Assembly (NCBI GenBank): GCA_963716175.1
Contig: OY970296.1
Span: forward strand, 3,584,001 to 3,648,000
Source of the DNA: an uncultured Armatimonadetes bacterium
GTDB taxonomy: Bacteria > Armatimonadota > Hebobacteria > Hebobacterales > Hebobacteraceae
DNA length: 64,000 bases
Reading direction: 5' to 3'
Shown: positions 31,480 through 41,713 of the stretch, piece by piece
Numbering within the stretch: the stretch's first letter is position 1
Layout: every line of letters begins with the position of its first letter
Translations under genes and position numbers: made by a program
Notes under the pieces: generated by a model
Told to the model about the DNA's origin: nothing
Seen by the model: only the letters and a program-made list of their open reading frames with translations
Databases searched by the model: none

Positions 31480-31740
31480 TCAACCGGCTTCGCCCTGGTC
31501 AGCCTCCTTGGGGCCGGGATGGCCCATTCCCTTGGAGAGTTGATGTGTCTCCTGGAGACGGATTCCGCCCTCGAATTCGGGCTTGTGGCTCTGGTCCTGT
31601 GCGCAGCGCACTTTCTCACCGATCACTTCGCGCAGGAAAGCCAGTCCCGCCTCCTTATCCTCATCCATGAGCACTTGCTGGAGGCGCACCAGGTCCTCAG
31701 GGTCCAGCGAGACGACGGTGCGGGTGGCTTTGAACGCCAT
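31480..31740 (-). CDS. small hypothetical protein
   Basis: good SD (AAAGGGG) and coding-like composition. Confidence 0.55.
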   Translation of the reverse strand: MAFKATRTVVSLDPEDLVRLQQVLMDEDKEAGLAFLREVIGEKVRCAQDQSHKPEFEGGIRLQETHQLSKGMGHPGPKEADQGEAG

Positions 31741-31843
31741 GATGCTTACCCCTTTCCTTTTCCCTGGCCTCCGTCAGGGCAGGACTGTCACGATCGCCAA
31801 GCGAATCTCCCGCTCAATTCTGGTTCCAGCAGGAGGTATCCTC

Positions 31844-32230
31844 GTGATCAAAGGCATAGACCATGTAGCGCTGGTCACCACGGATGTGGAGCGCGCGGCC
31901 AAGTTCTACAAGGAGCTGTTGGGGTTCCATGAGACCGGCCGCCTGGAGACCACCCACAGTGGGACCATCATCTTCATCGCCCTCGACGGCACACAGATCG
32001 AGCTCTTCGGGGGCGGAAAGCCCAGGCCAGAGGGTGAGCAGGGCCGCGCAGTGGGCCTCGCTCATCTCGCCCTGCTGGTGGAGGACATTGACGCGGAGTG
32101 CGAGCGCATGAGCAAGCTGGGAGTCGCGTTCGACATGAAGCCGACCAGTGTCGAGTCCGGCCTGCGCATCGCCTTCTTCAAGGACCCGGATGGGAACGCC
32201 GTCGAGCTGATGCAGCGGCCCCAGGTCTGA
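31844..32230 (+). CDS. VOC/glyoxalase family protein
   Basis: IDHVAL, FYKELLG, HLAL, FFKDPDGNAVEL; AGGAGG SD. Confidence 0.92.
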   Translation: MIKGIDHVALVTTDVERAAKFYKELLGFHETGRLETTHSGTIIFIALDGTQIELFGGGKPRPEGEQGRAVGLAHLALLVEDIDAECERMSKLGVAFDMKPTSVESGLRIAFFKDPDGNAVELMQRPQV

Positions 32231-32242
32231 GGAGCGACCACC

Positions 32243-33169
32243 ATGAGAGTCGTTCGCTACCAGGATCAGGATGCACTTACGGGCGTGGGGATGCTGCGGG
32301 GAGAGCGGGTCGTTGATTTCACGCGGGCGCTCACCGTCTACTACTTCGCCCAGGGCTCCCTCCCCCACTTCCCCTATTCGTTGGAGCTGCTGCAGCCCGC
32401 CGATTTCTCGGTTCTCGACTTGATCGCCGGCGGCTACTTCCGTGCTGACCTGTTTGCGGAAGTGCTGCGCTTCGCAGAGGAGCACGAGCTGATCGAGGAG
32501 CTGGTGGTTGACGAGCCGCGTCTGCTCTCCCCTATCCCCCGGCCTCCGCGCATCATCGCGCTCGGCCTCAACTACGCCGCGCATGCCGCGGAAGGCGGCC
32601 GGAAGCCGACAAAGGAGCCGATCTTCTTCGTCAAGGCCTCCACCGCGGTGATCGGCCCGGATGACCCGGTGGAGTGCCCGCGCGGGGTGGGACGGGTTGA
32701 CCACGAGGTGGAGCTGGCGGTGATCATCGGCAAGCCCGGCCGCCGCATCCCTCGCGCCCAGGCCAAGCAGCACATCGCCGGCTACACCATCCTCAATGAT
32801 GTCACCGCCCGCGATATGCAGCGGCGCGACATGGCGGCCTCGAACCCCTGGTTCCTGAGCAAGAGCTTCGACACGTTCTGCCCGATGGGGCCCTGCATCA
32901 CCCTGCCCGACGAAATCCAGGAGCCGTGCGAGCTGGATCTGTCCCTGCGGGTGAATGGTCAGACCAGGCAGAGCAGCAATACCCGCGACCTCATCTTCAA
33001 GGTGCCCGAGCTGATTCACCGCCTTAGTCGACACCTGACTCTGGAACCGGGAGACATCATCTCTACCGGCACCCCGGCAGGCATTTCCGCGATCCAGCCC
33101 GGCGATGTAATGCAGGCCGAGGTCGAGCGCATCGGCGTGCTGCGCAATCCGGTCGTCGCGGGCAAGTGA
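32243..33169 (+). CDS. fumarylacetoacetate hydrolase family protein
   Basis: GLNYAAHA, DHEVEL, NDVTARD, KSFDTFCPMGP, TGTP. Confidence 0.93.
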   Translation: MRVVRYQDQDALTGVGMLRGERVVDFTRALTVYYFAQGSLPHFPYSLELLQPADFSVLDLIAGGYFRADLFAEVLRFAEEHELIEELVVDEPRLLSPIPRPPRIIALGLNYAAHAAEGGRKPTKEPIFFVKASTAVIGPDDPVECPRGVGRVDHEVELAVIIGKPGRRIPRAQAKQHIAGYTILNDVTARDMQRRDMAASNPWFLSKSFDTFCPMGPCITLPDEIQEPCELDLSLRVNGQTRQSSNTRDLIFKVPELIHRLSRHLTLEPGDIISTGTPAGISAIQPGDVMQAEVERIGVLRNPVVAGK

Positions 33170-34131
33170 GCAGCATGCCGGTGCTGGCGCTGGACATCGG
33201 CGGGACCAAGCTCGCGGCCGCGGTGGTCACGGCCGCGGGCGAAGTGCTGGCGGAGCAGATGGAGGCGACAAAGTCGTCTTCGTCTCCCGCCGAGATACTT
33301 GATACGCTATTCGCCATGGCCGGGGAGGTGAACCGCCGCGCCGCATTGGGCTGGCCTGAACTGGCCGGGGTTGGGGTGAGCTTCGGCGGGCCGATGGACT
33401 TCCCCAGCGGGCGCACCGTGACCTGTCATCACCTGGAGGGCTGGCAGGATTTCCCGTTGCGGCAGGCGGTCGGCGCGCGCGTGGGCCGGCCAGTGGTGGT
33501 GGACAATGACGCCAACGCGGCCGCGCTGGGGGAGGCGACCTTCGGCGCCGCGCGCAGCAAGCCCTATGTCCTCTATCTCACCGTGAGCACCGGGATCGGC
33601 GGCGGGATCGTGCTCGGGGGTCGGGTGCATCGAGGCGCGAACAGCCTGGCCGGCGAGATCGGGCACACGCTGGTAGCGCCGGAGGGACCGGTGTGCACGT
33701 GCAGTAGGAGAGGGTGCCTGGAGGCAGTGGCCTCCGGTCCGGCCATCGCCACCGCGGCCCGCCAGGCCCTGGAGGCGGGTGAGCCCTCTGCTTTGGCTTC
33801 CATCCCGCGCTCGCAGTTGACAGCCAGGGAGGTCGCGGCGGCTGCGGCGAGCGATGCGCTGGCGGCGCGCGTGATGAGCCGGGCCGGCGAATACCTCGGA
33901 CTCGCCATCGCCGGCGCGGTGAACCTGCTGAATCCCAGCATCGTGGTGATCGGGGGCGGCGTGTCCGGGGCGGGCGAAGCGCTCTTCCAGCCGCTGCGAG
34001 AGGCCGTCGCTCGCTATGCGGTGCCTGAAAGCGCGCGGGGCCTTGCTATCGCTGCAGGCGCGCTGGGGCAGCGTGGGGCGCTGCTGGGCGCGGCAGCGCT
34101 GGCGCTGACGGACCAATACCAGGCGTGGTGA
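33166..34131 (+). CDS. ROK family sugar kinase
   Basis: DIGGTK, DNDANAAALGE, GEIGH, CTCSRRGCLEAVASG. Confidence 0.93.
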   Translation: MSSMPVLALDIGGTKLAAAVVTAAGEVLAEQMEATKSSSSPAEILDTLFAMAGEVNRRAALGWPELAGVGVSFGGPMDFPSGRTVTCHHLEGWQDFPLRQAVGARVGRPVVVDNDANAAALGEATFGAARSKPYVLYLTVSTGIGGGIVLGGRVHRGANSLAGEIGHTLVAPEGPVCTCSRRGCLEAVASGPAIATAARQALEAGEPSALASIPRSQLTAREVAAAAASDALAARVMSRAGEYLGLAIAGAVNLLNPSIVVIGGGVSGAGEALFQPLREAVARYAVPESARGLAIAAGALGQRGALLGAAALALTDQYQAW

Positions 34132-34312
34132 GCCGCGCACTTACAAAGGCCGATCTGCGTTGGGAGGAGATGGCGGACCGCTAACGAAGCAAACTCGGTG
34201 GGCGAAGGATTCCCAGTGTGACCACCGCCAACAGGCCGCGCCCAGGCGTCGCGATTGGCCTGATGCGGCTTCGTGGCGGATTCCGTCAGTGATGCTAAGG
34301 AGGTGTTCCGAG

Positions 34313-34765
34313 ATGGCAAAGGTGCTGGTGGTCTATCACTCACTCGGCGGGCAGACCAAGAAGATGGCGGAGGCAGTGGCAGCCGGGGCCTCCAGTGTGA
34401 CTGGAACTCAGGTGACGGTCAAGACGGGCCTGGAGGCCATCATTGATGACCTGCTGTCCTGTGACGCCATCGCCCTGGGCTCGCCGGACTACTTCAGCTA
34501 CATGGCCGGAGGCCTCAAGGATTTCCTGGACCGGACCTATTACCCGAGCCAGGGGAAGGTGACGGGGAAGCCCGCGGCCACCTTCGGCAGCGCGGGCGGC
34601 CCGCCGGACAAGGTCCTGAAGCTGTTGGACCAGGCGCTCGGGTGGTTCAAGCTGAAGAAAGCCGTGGACTCGGTCGGGGCCTCTGGCGGCGTCGGGCCAG
34701 AGATTCTGGCCGACTGCAAGGAGCTGGGCCGCAAGCTGGCGGAGGCCGCGGGCAAAGGAAGTTGA
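34313..34765 (+). CDS. flavodoxin/WrbA-like protein
   Basis: VYHSLGGQTKKMAEAV, GSPDYFSYMAG. Confidence 0.88.
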   Translation: MAKVLVVYHSLGGQTKKMAEAVAAGASSVTGTQVTVKTGLEAIIDDLLSCDAIALGSPDYFSYMAGGLKDFLDRTYYPSQGKVTGKPAATFGSAGGPPDKVLKLLDQALGWFKLKKAVDSVGASGGVGPEILADCKELGRKLAEAAGKGS

Positions 34766-34850
34766 GCTGAGCCCTCACAGTGGTGGGGCGGCCCCCGCTC
34801 CTTCCCAGCGCCGTGCAGTCATGTGATGTTGACCGGAGAGAAGGCCTAGC

Positions 34851-35648
34851 ATGCGGTTCGGATGCTGCGTGAGCCCCGACAGCGTAGAGCTGGCGGCGGC
34901 CGCGGGCTGCGATTTCGTGGAGCTGCCGGTGGCTGCGGTGCTGCCGGAGAGACCGGAAGCGGAATTCGCTCCGGTGCGAGAGAGGTTGCTGGCCGCTCCC
35001 GTGAAGCCCGAAGCCTGGCAGTTGCAGTTGCCGGCCGACCTCAGGGCGACCGGGCCGGACGTGAGCTGGCCGCGGCTGGCCCGCTATCTCTACACCTCGC
35101 TGCGGCGGATCGCCGAGGTGGGTGGGGCCGTGGTGGCGTTCGGGAGCGGGAGGCAGAGAGAGGCGCCGGCAGGCTTCCCGGTGACGGACGCCATGGATCA
35201 GCTCACCGAGGTGCTTCGCATCTGCGGGGCGGTGGCGCACAGCCGCGGTTTGATGGTGGGGGTCGAGCCGCTCAGCTCCAGTCGCTGCAATCTGGTGAAC
35301 TCCCTGCCCGAAGCGGTCAGCCTGGCGCGGGTGGTGGACATGCCGGAGGTGGGAGTGGCGGTGCATGCGCAAGAGATGGCCCTGGAGGGTCATTCGGCCT
35401 TCGATATCGTGGACGCGGCGGAGTGGCTGACCCACGTGCGCGTCTCTGGGGCACAGGCGGTCGCCCAGAGCGGAGACGAGGTTTGGCAGCACGACTTCAT
35501 CCAGGCGCTGCGCATGGCTGACTATGATTGGAGGGTTTCGATCGAGGGGGAATGGAAGGACTCCCCGAACGAGATGAAGGCAGCGGTGGAGTCGCTGCGA
35601 CGATGCTTCGACGAAGCCGAGCACGAGGCCTATGCCGGGCGCTGGTGA
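34851..35648 (+). CDS. sugar phosphate isomerase/epimerase (AP endonuclease 2 TIM barrel)
   Basis: FGSG..R, VEPL...CNLVNS, HVRVS, VSIE; some metal ligands look substituted. Confidence 0.78.
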   Translation: MRFGCCVSPDSVELAAAAGCDFVELPVAAVLPERPEAEFAPVRERLLAAPVKPEAWQLQLPADLRATGPDVSWPRLARYLYTSLRRIAEVGGAVVAFGSGRQREAPAGFPVTDAMDQLTEVLRICGAVAHSRGLMVGVEPLSSSRCNLVNSLPEAVSLARVVDMPEVGVAVHAQEMALEGHSAFDIVDAAEWLTHVRVSGAQAVAQSGDEVWQHDFIQALRMADYDWRVSIEGEWKDSPNEMKAAVESLRRCFDEAEHEAYAGRW

Positions 35649-36939
35649 TATCATCGCACCCTTCCGGGGCATTCGCTATCACACCGCGGGCTCGCGCGAC
35701 CTTTCCTCTCGCATCGCCCCACCCTATGACATCATTGCGCCAGCGATGCAGGCTGACCTTTACGCGCGGGACCAGCACAACTTCGTGCGGTTGGAGCTGC
35801 CACAGCCGAGCGACCGCCATGGTGCGGAAGACGACCGCTACCAGCGGGCCGCGGCCACCCTGCGGGATTGGCTGGCCCAGCGCGTGCTCATCCGCGATGA
35901 GAGGCCGGCGCTGTACCTGGTGGAGCAGGAATTCCAGCTCCGGGGCCGTGCTTGGCGGCGGCGCGGCGTGTTCGCGCTGGTGCGGCTGCCGGAAGCGAAC
36001 GAGCGGTACGTCCTGTCACACGAGGGGACGCTGGCCGCGCCGAAGGCCGACCGCCTGCACTTGATGCGAGCCTGCCAGGCCATGACCAGTCCCATCTTGA
36101 TGATGAGCGAGGACGGCCGCGGGGAGCTGCTGAGCCTGCTGGAGCAGACCGCTGGCGAAGCGGAGGCCGTGGCCGCGAATGGAGATGGGGTCGCCCACCG
36201 GCTCTGGCCGCTGCACGATGCGGACCTGGTGGAGGCGATATGTGCCGCGGTGGGGGGCGGGCCACTCTTTATCGCCGACGGCCACCATCGCTTCGAGACT
36301 GCGGTCACCTGCCGCGATGAAATGCGCCAGCGTTTGCCCCAGGCCTCGGCCCAGGCCGGGTTCAACTACGCTCTCGCCCTGGTCACCAGCGCCCAGGACG
36401 AAGGGGTGAAGATTCTTCCGACGCACCGGGTGCTCTCAGGGCTGGGCGAGGCCGGCCTAGGCGAGATCAGGGCGCGAATCGCAGAGGGCTTCGACGTGCG
36501 GCAGGTGGCAGTGCCGAAGGGCGACGAATTGCCGGCCCTGACCTGGCCCGATGGCGGGGCGGCCCAGGGCCACGTGTACGGCGCGTATTGGGGAGATGGC
36601 CACTACTACGTGCTGACGGCGCGAGGCGAGACCGCGCCCGCCGGAACCTCGGCGGTCGCGTCCCTGGATGTGAGCGTGCTGCACCGCCTGCTCATAGACC
36701 CGGTGCTCTCGAAGCTGGGTAAGGCGGTCGGCCTCGCCTATGTCACCGATGAGCAGCAGGCGCTGGAGGCTGTGGCCCGGGGCGATTGCGACCTGGCGCT
36801 CTTTCTCCGATCCACCCGCGTTTCTGAAGTGCTGGCAGTGGCCCGCGCCGGGGAGCGCATGCCCGGGAAGTCCACCTATTTCTACCCCAAGGCCCCGGCC
36901 GGCCTGGTGTTGAGCGACGCCTCTGCAGAGCCGATCTAG
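35632..36939 (+). CDS. DUF1015 family protein
   Basis: PFRGIRY, APPYDII, IADGHHRFETA, MPGKSTYFYPK. Confidence 0.92.
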   Translation: MPGAGDIIAPFRGIRYHTAGSRDLSSRIAPPYDIIAPAMQADLYARDQHNFVRLELPQPSDRHGAEDDRYQRAAATLRDWLAQRVLIRDERPALYLVEQEFQLRGRAWRRRGVFALVRLPEANERYVLSHEGTLAAPKADRLHLMRACQAMTSPILMMSEDGRGELLSLLEQTAGEAEAVAANGDGVAHRLWPLHDADLVEAICAAVGGGPLFIADGHHRFETAVTCRDEMRQRLPQASAQAGFNYALALVTSAQDEGVKILPTHRVLSGLGEAGLGEIRARIAEGFDVRQVAVPKGDELPALTWPDGGAAQGHVYGAYWGDGHYYVLTARGETAPAGTSAVASLDVSVLHRLLIDPVLSKLGKAVGLAYVTDEQQALEAVARGDCDLALFLRSTRVSEVLAVARAGERMPGKSTYFYPKAPAGLVLSDASAEPI

Positions 36940-36950
36940 GCAGACCGACG

Positions 36951-39561
36951 ATGGACAAGCTCACCCCGATGCTGGCCCAATACCGGGCGATCAAGCGAGA
37001 GCACCAGGATGTCATTCTGCTCTTTCGCCTCGGGGATTTCTACGAGATGTTCGGCGAGGACGCCAAGATCGGGGCCCGCCTGCTGGAGCTGGTGCTCACC
37101 TCGCGGGAGATGGGCAAGGGGCGCCGCATGCCGATGTGTGGCATCCCGTACCATGCCGCCGACCGCTATGTCGCTCGGCTGCTGGCTGGCGGATACAAGG
37201 CTGCCATCTGCGAGCAAGTGGAAGATCCCAAGCAAACCAAACGACTAGTGAAGAGAGAGGTAATCCGGATTCTGACTCCAGGCACCGTGGTGGAGGATCA
37301 CCTGCTGGAGCCGCGCGCCAACAACTATCTGGTCGGCATCGCCAGCGCGGGTGACCGGTGGGGGCTGGCCGCCGCAGATAGCTCGACCGGGGAGTTCAAG
37401 GTCACCGAGTTCACGGGGGAGAACGCGTGGGATGAGCTGCGTGACGAGATCGCGCGGCTGCATCCAGCCGAAACGCTGATCCCGGAGGCCGAGGAGGGGC
37501 GCGGGCTGGCGGAGGTGGTGAAGGCCGACGGGGGCAGCCTCACCACCTGGAGCAGAGACGATTTCGTCGCCCGCAGCCCGGCCGAGTTCCTGCGGCATCA
37601 CTTCGGGGTCGGATCGCTGCGCGGCTTCGGGTGCGAAGAGATGCCGGCCGCCGTGGAGGCCGCGGCCGCAGTCATCGCTTACCTCAAGCGCACTCACAAA
37701 TCCGGGCTGGAGCAGCTCCGCGGTCTGCGCACCTACTCGCGCAGCCAGTTTATGGTGGTGGATGCCACCAGCCGGCGGAACCTCGAGCTGCTCGCCTCGC
37801 TGCGCGATGGGTCCTCTCGGAACACGCTGCTGTGGGTGCTGGACGATACCCTCACGCCTATGGGAGCCCGACTGCTGCGGCGCTGGATCACGGCGCCGTT
37901 GCTGGATCGCCTCGCGATCGAGCAGCGCCTGGATCTGGTTCAGGTGCTCCACGAGGAGGCGGCGCTGCGGGCCCGCCTGCGGGAGCAGCTCAAGCAAATC
38001 CGGGACCTGGAGCGACTGGTCAGCCGCGCCGCGGCCGCCACTGCCAGCGGCCGCGACCTGGCCGGGCTGAGGGATTCGCTGGCGGGGTTGCCGGGATTCG
38101 CGGATATTCTGCGCGGCGGCAGCAGAGAAGCTCCTGGCCAACTGGTCGCAGGCTTCGATCCGGTCGCGGATTTGTGTGAGCTGTTGACGCGGGCGCTGGC
38201 GGACTCGCCGCCGGCCAATGTCCGCGACGGAGGGAGCATTCGCGCCGGGTTCTGCGCGGAGCTCGATGAGCTGCGCGAGGCGCGCACGCATGGCAAGGAA
38301 TGGATTGCCGGCCTCCAGGAGCGAGAGCGACAGCGCACGGGCGCCAGGTCGCTAAAGGTCGGGTACAACCAGGTGTTTGGTTACTACATCGAGGTGACGC
38401 GGCCGAATCTGCACCTGGTGCCATCCGACTACCAGAGACGCCAGACCCTGGCGAACGCGGAGCGATTCGTCACCCCCGAACTGAAGGAGTACGAATCCAA
38501 GATCCTGGGGGCGGAGGAGCGAATCCTGGCGCTCGAGCAGGAACTGCTGGCCGACCTTCGGGCGAAGGCGGCAGCGGAGGCAGCACGGGTGCAGGCGGCC
38601 GCAGAGGTGGTCGCGCAGGCCGACGTGCTCGCCTGCTTCGCCGAGGTGGCGGCGCGGAACAGCTACCTCCGGCCCGGGATCACGGAGGACGACCGCATCG
38701 AGATTCGCGGCGGGCCGTCATCCCGTGGTGGAGCTGACGCTTGAGGACGAGCGGTTCGTGCCCAATGACAGCCATCTGGATTGTGCCGAAGACCAGGTGC
38801 TGATCATCACGGGGCCCAACATGGCGGGCAAGTCCACCTATCTGCGCCAGGTGGCGCTGATCGTGCTGATGGCCCAGATGGGCAGCTTCGTGCCGGCCCA
38901 GGCCGCCAGCATTGGGTTGGTGGACCGCATCTTCACCCGGGTGGGGGCCTCCGACGATCTTGCCACCGGCCAGAGCACTTTCATGGTGGAGATGACCGAG
39001 ACCGCGAACATCTTGCACCATGCCACTCGCCGCAGCCTGATCGTGCTGGACGAGATCGGCCGCGGCACCAGCACCTTCGACGGCCTGAGCATCGCCTGGT
39101 CGGTGGCGGAGTACCTCCATAGCGCTCCTCACCTCGGCGCCAAGACGCTGTTCGCCACCCACTATCACCACCTGAACGAGCTGGCCGAGACACTTCCCCG
39201 GGTGAAGAACTACCGCATCGCGGTCAAGGAGAAAGGCGACCAGGTGATCTTCCTGCGGCAGATCGTGCCCGGCGGCACCGACCGCAGCTATGGGATTCAG
39301 GTGGCTCGCCTAGCTGGCCTTCCGCCAGCGGTGTTGGAGCGAGCAAAGCAGATCCTGTGGTCGCTGGAGCAGCGCGAGCACGTCGGCGGCCAGCCCCCCG
39401 CTCCTCGCATCACAGCCCGCGCCGATCAGCTTCCGCTCTTCGAGGGCGAGCCCGATCCCATTCTCGAAGAGCTGCGCCGGATAGATGTAGATCATCTCAC
39501 CCCCGTCGAGGCCTTGAACAGGCTGGCCGACCTGAAGCGGCGAATTGAGGGAACGACATGA
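36951..39561 (+). CDS. mutS: DNA mismatch repair protein MutS (frameshift near 38712)
   Basis: TPMLAQY, GDFYEMF; after removing 1 G: [38 protein letters not shown]. Confidence 0.95.
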
Positions 39562-39727
39562 TCCGCAGATTGCGCAGATTACGCAGAACTTGCTATTTCG
39601 GAGTTTCAGATTCCGAAATAGCAGGAAGCCTCGGGTAGTTCCTAGCAGGACGACATTCGAATCGGTTTTCCGTTGTAGTTTCGTGCGAAGCACGACATAA
39701 TCTGTGTAATCCGCGTAATCTGCGGAT
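39560..39727. repeat. MITE-like element bounded by 27-bp inverted repeats built from 9-nt units
   Basis: atccgcagattgcgcagattacgcaga ... tctgtgtaatccgcgtaatctgcggat; internal hairpin gctatttcgga/tccgaaatagc. Confidence 0.7.
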
Positions 39728-39753
39728 CAAGTAGTTTCCAAGGAGGGATAACG

Positions 39754-40017
39754 GTGCCAGAAGATCGCAAGCTCGTGCATGCAGTAGAGAAGGCGCTTGC
39801 CGAGAACGAAGCAACCAAAGCGCTGGGGCATCTGCACATCAGCGCGGTGTCAGGCGTGGTTTTCCTCGACGGCGAGGTAGAGTCCGAGGAGCAGCGCGAC
39901 GCGGTCCTGGCAGCGGCGAAGGCGGTGGAGGGAGTGCGAATGGTCCGCAACCGCCTCCAGATCAACCCGGACGCGCGGGGCGGAGGGTGGCGGGAGCCGC
40001 ACCGGCACGAGGGCTGA
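39754..40017 (+). CDS. BON domain protein
   Basis: LHISAVSGVVFLDGEV...AKAVEGVRMVRNRL. Confidence 0.85.
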   Translation: MPEDRKLVHAVEKALAENEATKALGHLHISAVSGVVFLDGEVESEEQRDAVLAAAKAVEGVRMVRNRLQINPDARGGGWREPHRHEG

Positions 40018-40018
40018 T

Positions 40019-40126
40019 GTACGGCGGGCACTCCCATGCCCGCCGGTAGGCTGCCGGTTGTAGGGCGGGCACTCCTGTGCCCGCCTGGAGTTGGCGTTCC
40101 GTAGGAGAGCCCCTCTGCGGGCCCCC
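40019..40126 (+). repeat. REP cluster (3 units: 40019-40044, 40060-40085, degenerate 40101-40126)
   Basis: gtac/gtag-ggcgggca-N6-tgcccgcc. Confidence 0.8.
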
Positions 40127-40235
40127 ATCGTTGCATCTCTTATGTCTGGCAGGATGCAAGCCGCGGCCAGCAGAAGTAACGCCCACGATGCCAAAGGCGC
40201 TGCGGGGCCTGCACGCTCCTGTCGAGGGGGTTCCC

Positions 40236-41573
40236 ATGCTTGCTACGCGTCGAGCCGGGGTCTTGATTCTGCTCAGTGTCCTCTGCTCTCTTGCCACCTC
40301 TGCCTTCTGTGGCCAGCAACCGCCCGCAGGTTCGGCCGTGCCGCCATCAGATGCGGCGGAGGTGCGCCAGCGCGTCGCCGACCAACAAAGAGAGCTGGAT
40401 CGGCTCGCCGGCCGCTTTGAGGGCCTCGAGCAGACGACGAATGCCGCAGCCAAAGCCAGCGAGGCCGCCTGCCAGCACGCTGACTTGGTAATCAAGTCTG
40501 GGGGTGCCCTGGCCGGTATTGTCACCCTTGTGGTTCTCTTGCTCGGGTTCTTTGGGTACCGTCGCGTTCAAGATTTCGCAAGAGGTGAGATTGACAAGGC
40601 ACGACGGCACTTCGATGAACTCATAGCGCAAGTCGAGCAGCACGTGGGGCAGGCGAAGAAGTCCGCAGAGGAGCTAGCGGAAGACGCGAAGCTCGCCAAA
40701 GAGTACATCGCTCGGATTGACGCCTTTCGTCGCCAGGCCGAAGAGCAGGTTCGCGCCCTTGCCACGGTAGACCTGAGCAAGGACATGCCCCCCGAGCTGA
40801 AGCAGTCTCTGGAGGACATCCGCACCAAGCTCGATCTGGTCGAAGCTCTGGGGTTGCCTCTGGACGCGGAGGCCTACCTCGCGCGCGGCAATGCCTACTA
40901 CTCCCGCGGAGACCACCAGCGCTCCCTCCAGTGCTACGACCGGGCCCTCCAGATCAAGCCCGATTATGCCGAGGCGCACTGCAACCGCGGGGTAGCCCTG
41001 GGCAAGCTCCGGCGGCACGACGAGGCCCTCGCCGCCCACGACCGCGCCCTCCAGATCAAGCCCGATTATGCCGAGGCGCATGGCAACCGCGGAGCAGCGC
41101 TCGGCAGGCTCGGCCGCGACGAGGAGGCCCTCGCTGCCTCTGACCGCGCCCTCCAGATCAAGCCCGACCTTGCCGAGGCGCACTGCAACCGCGGGGTAGC
41201 GTTAAGCAAGCTTGGCCGCCACGAGGAGGCCCTCGCTGCCTCTGACCGCGCCCTCCAGATCAAGCCCGACTATGCTAATGCCCATGTGAATCGAGCGGTG
41301 GCGCTCATCAGTATTGGCCGCTACGAGGAGGCCTTCGCCGCGTGCAACCGCGCCCTCCAGATCAAACCGGATGAGGCGGTGGCCTACTTCAACCGCGCCT
41401 GCGCCCATTCGAGGCTCAACCGGAAAGCTGAGGCATTGGCCGATCTCAGAGAGGCCATCCGGCTTGACCCGGAGTGGAAGGAAAAAGCCAAGACCGACCC
41501 GGATTTCGAGGGCCTGCGTGCCGATCCGGAGTTCCGGCGTCTGGTTGGGCTCGATGACGAGCCGTCTGTGTAG
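40236..41573 (+). CDS. signal-peptide/TM, coiled-coil and tetratricopeptide repeat protein
   Basis: 34-aa repeats DRALQIKPDYAEAHCNRG; C-terminal AKTDPDFEGLRADPEF. Confidence 0.88.
   Translation: MLATRRAGVLILLSVLCSLATSAFCGQQPPAGSAVPPSDAAEVRQRVADQQRELDRLAGRFEGLEQTTNAAAKASEAACQHADLVIKSGGALAGIVTLVVLLLGFFGYRRVQDFARGEIDKARRHFDELIAQVEQHVGQAKKSAEELAEDAKLAKEYIARIDAFRRQAEEQVRALATVDLSKDMPPELKQSLEDIRTKLDLVEALGLPLDAEAYLARGNAYYSRGDHQRSLQCYDRALQIKPDYAEAHCNRGVALGKLRRHDEALAAHDRALQIKPDYAEAHGNRGAALGRLGRDEEALAASDRALQIKPDLAEAHCNRGVALSKLGRHEEALAASDRALQIKPDYANAHVNRAVALISIGRYEEAFAACNRALQIKPDEAVAYFNRACAHSRLNRKAEALADLREAIRLDPEWKEKAKTDPDFEGLRADPEFRRLVGLDDEPSV
40938..41372 (+). repeat. 102-bp tandem DNA repeats encoding TPRs
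   Basis: gaccgcgccctccagatcaagcccga (with minor variants) recurs at about 40938, 41040, 41142, 41244, 41346. Confidence 0.9.
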
Positions 41574-41707
41574 GGCGGGCACTCCCGTGCCCGCCTGCTG
41601 TTGCGTGCTGTAACTCCGATTGACCCGGCGGGCATAGGAATGCCCGCCCTACAGAAGGCCCCGGCGGGTATGGTCTTGTCCGCCTCCGGCGGGAATGCCC
41701 GCCCTAC
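41570..41707. repeat. REP cluster downstream of RAYT (41570-41595 +, 41627-41652 -, 41663-41707 - with nested insert)
   Basis: GTAGGGCGGGCA...TGCCCGCC and reverse complements; the first two form an inverted pair (REPIN-like). Confidence 0.88.
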
Positions 41708-41713
41708 ATGAGG

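Noticed and set aside
40938-41372. Regularly spaced repeats resembling a CRISPR array
   Set aside because: The period is exactly 102 bp, in frame, the 'spacers' are also similar, and they encode TPRs; no cas genes in the window
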